From Acidimicrobiia bacterium (GTDB lineage Bacteria > Actinomycetota > Acidimicrobiia > Acidimicrobiales > Ilumatobacteraceae), in NCBI GenBank assembly GCA_013815505.1, contig JACDGA010000001.1:1-25637 (forward strand): DNA of 25,637 nucleotides. The letters run 5' to 3'. The notes beneath the pieces are model-generated. The model had not been told where the DNA came from, did not search any database, and saw only the letters and a program-made list of their open reading frames with translations. Every line of letters begins with the position of its first letter. The first letter of the stretch is position 1. Positions 24,087 through 25,637 of the stretch are shown here, piece by piece. The translations under genes were made by a program, and so were the position numbers.

Positions 24087-25477
24087 CTGCGACGGCGGCG
24101 ACGCCGGTCGGCGCCGCCGGCGCGGTCGATCTCGTCATCGACGGTGCGACGTCGGTCGTCGTGTTCGACGACGTGCGCACGGAGCTCGACGGCGGGTGGG
24201 TGGCGATCGACGGCGGACTCGTCGCCGCCACCGGGACCGGCGCGGCGCCGCCGGCGCGAACGACGCTCGACGCCTCCGACTGCCTCGTCACCCCGGGGCT
24301 CGTCAACACGCATCATCACCTGTTCCAGAACCTGACACGGGCGCATCCCGTGATGACCGGCAAGCCGTTGTTCGGCTGGTTGCAGTCGCTGTACCCGCTG
24401 TGGCGCGGCCTCGACGAGGAGGCGGCGTACGTGTCTGCGTGGGTCGGGCTCGCCGAGTTGGCGCTCTCGGGCTGCACGACGTCGAGCGATCACCTCTACC
24501 TCCACCCGCGCGGCGGAGGCGATCTGCTCGGCGCCGAGATCGCCGCCGCGCTCGATCTCGGCGTCCGGTTCCATCCCTCGAGGGGAGCGATGTCGCTGTC
24601 GCACAAGGACGGCGGGCTGCCGCCCGACGATGTCGTGGCGCCCGACGACGAGATCCTCGACGCCTTCGAGCGGGCCGTGCACGATCACCACGATCCGGCG
24701 TACGGCGCGATGACCCGCATCGCGCTCGCGCCGTGTTCGCCGTTCACGGTGACGGAGTCGCTGATGGTGGCGGCGGTGGAGCTGGCGGAACGGCTCGACG
24801 TGCGGCTGCACACGCACTTCGCCGAGAACGCCGAGGACGACGAGTTCTCGCTGGCGACGTTCGGCTGCCGTCCGACGGAGTACTTCGAACGCACGGGATG
24901 GCTGACGGAGCGGGCGTGGCTGGCGCACTGCGTCACGCCGGACGCCGACGAGGTGCGGCGGCTCGGCGCGGCGCGTGTCGGGGTCGCGCACTGCCCGTCG
25001 AGCAACATGATTCTCGCTTCAGGGGTGGCTCCGGTCGTCGACCTGCTGGCAGCGGGCGCACACGTCGGCCTCGGTGTCGACGGCTCGTCGTCGTCCGACG
25101 CGGCGTCGCTGTGGATGGAGGCGCGCCAGGCGATGTTGGTCGGCACGCTGCGCAGTGGCGCCGGTGCGATGACGGCCCGAACGGCGCTCGAGATCGCCAC
25201 GATCGGTGGTGCGGCGTGTCTCGGGCGCACGGGCGAGCTCGGCACGCTCGCCGTGGGAGCCGTCGCCGACGTCGCCGTGTGGCCGCTCACCGGCCCGGCG
25301 TTCGCCGGCCCACTCGCTGATCCGGTGGAGGCGCTGTTGCGGTGCGGTCCGGTCCGGGCTCGCCACACGGTGGTCGCCGGCCGTCCCGTCGTCCTCGACG
25401 GCGAACTCGTCTCACCCGACGTGGAGGCGATGCTCACCCGCCACCGCGCGGCCTCTCTCCGCCTGTGTCAGCGATAA
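24083..25477 (+). CDS. Amidohydrolase of the 8-oxoguanine deaminase/AtzB group
   Basis: PGLVNTHHHLFQNLTR, SDHLYL, ALAPCSPF, LHTHFAE, AHCPSSN, GLGVDGS. GTG overlaps the upstream TGA. Confidence 0.88.
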   Translation: MTATAATPVGAAGAVDLVIDGATSVVVFDDVRTELDGGWVAIDGGLVAATGTGAAPPARTTLDASDCLVTPGLVNTHHHLFQNLTRAHPVMTGKPLFGWLQSLYPLWRGLDEEAAYVSAWVGLAELALSGCTTSSDHLYLHPRGGGDLLGAEIAAALDLGVRFHPSRGAMSLSHKDGGLPPDDVVAPDDEILDAFERAVHDHHDPAYGAMTRIALAPCSPFTVTESLMVAAVELAERLDVRLHTHFAENAEDDEFSLATFGCRPTEYFERTGWLTERAWLAHCVTPDADEVRRLGAARVGVAHCPSSNMILASGVAPVVDLLAAGAHVGLGVDGSSSSDAASLWMEARQAMLVGTLRSGAGAMTARTALEIATIGGAACLGRTGELGTLAVGAVADVAVWPLTGPAFAGPLADPVEALLRCGPVRARHTVVAGRPVVLDGELVSPDVEAMLTRHRAASLRLCQR

Positions 25478-25484
25478 CACGCGG

Positions 25485-25505
25485 CGTCGGCGGACACCGC
25501 TGACG
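25485..25505. terminator. Hairpin between convergent genes
   Basis: CGTCGGCGG-ACA-CCGCTGACG, 9-bp stem with one G-U. Confidence 0.5.
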
Positions 25506-25513
25506 AAGGAGCG

Positions 25514-25637
25514 TCAGTTGGCGGTGCGGGGGGGCACCGTGTCGAACATCGGGCCTTCGGTGCGCGAGCGCTTCAGCTCGTAGAAGTAGGGCAGCCGGGC
25601 GAGCGCGACGGCGCCGTCGAACGCCGTGACGGCCTCC
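25514..25637 (-). CDS. 3' end of an unidentified protein (...ARLPYFYELKRSRTEGPMFDTVPPRTAN*)
   Basis: Open frame with GC-rich third positions ending in TGA at 25516-25514. Family not recognised. Confidence 0.65.
   Translation of the reverse strand, partial: EAVTAFDGAVALARLPYFYELKRSRTEGPMFDTVPPRTAN

Noticed and set aside
1-25637. CRISPR array, transposase, integrase, rRNA or defence system
   Set aside because: No regularly spaced direct repeats, terminal inverted repeats, recombinase motifs or rRNA-like sequence were found by eye.

Overview
High-GC actinobacterial chromosome segment, most consistent with Acidimicrobiia (inference from gene content and style). Left end: the start of a secreted-protein gene, a tRNA-Glu/Asp/Phe cluster, then clpS and a DUF2017-like gene on the minus strand. 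Next is an 8.7 kb respiratory cluster: ctaB, three 'shadow' oxidase genes, then a complete A1-type caa3 oxidase (ctaC with fused cytochrome c, ctaD, ctaE, subunit IV). It is followed by serS, pdxH, an orn-Dabb fusion, a quinone oxidoreductase, a whiB7/wblC-like gene behind a uORF attenuator, tlpA-ccdA, a NUDIX hydrolase, an Fe-S locus (mrp, SufR-like regulator, erpA/iscA, a miniature 2Fe-2S/molybdopterin-family protein), ridA, tag, a 51-aa membrane protein, a PLP decarboxylase and an 8-oxoguanine-deaminase-like amidohydrolase. No mobile element or CRISPR array is seen. Best candidate for an undescribed system: 2660-6064 encodes intact, full-length paralogs of oxidase subunits I and III plus a CtaF-like/cupredoxin-like fusion, apparently co-transcribed with the real enzyme. 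By manual comparison with the neighbouring CtaD/CtaE, all six His metal ligands and the proton-pathway residues are replaced, giving a 'pseudo-oxidase' module. Second: a uORF/antiterminator/terminator attenuator upstream of whiB7 that can be traced base by base. All product calls are from motif recognition by eye; no database search was run.
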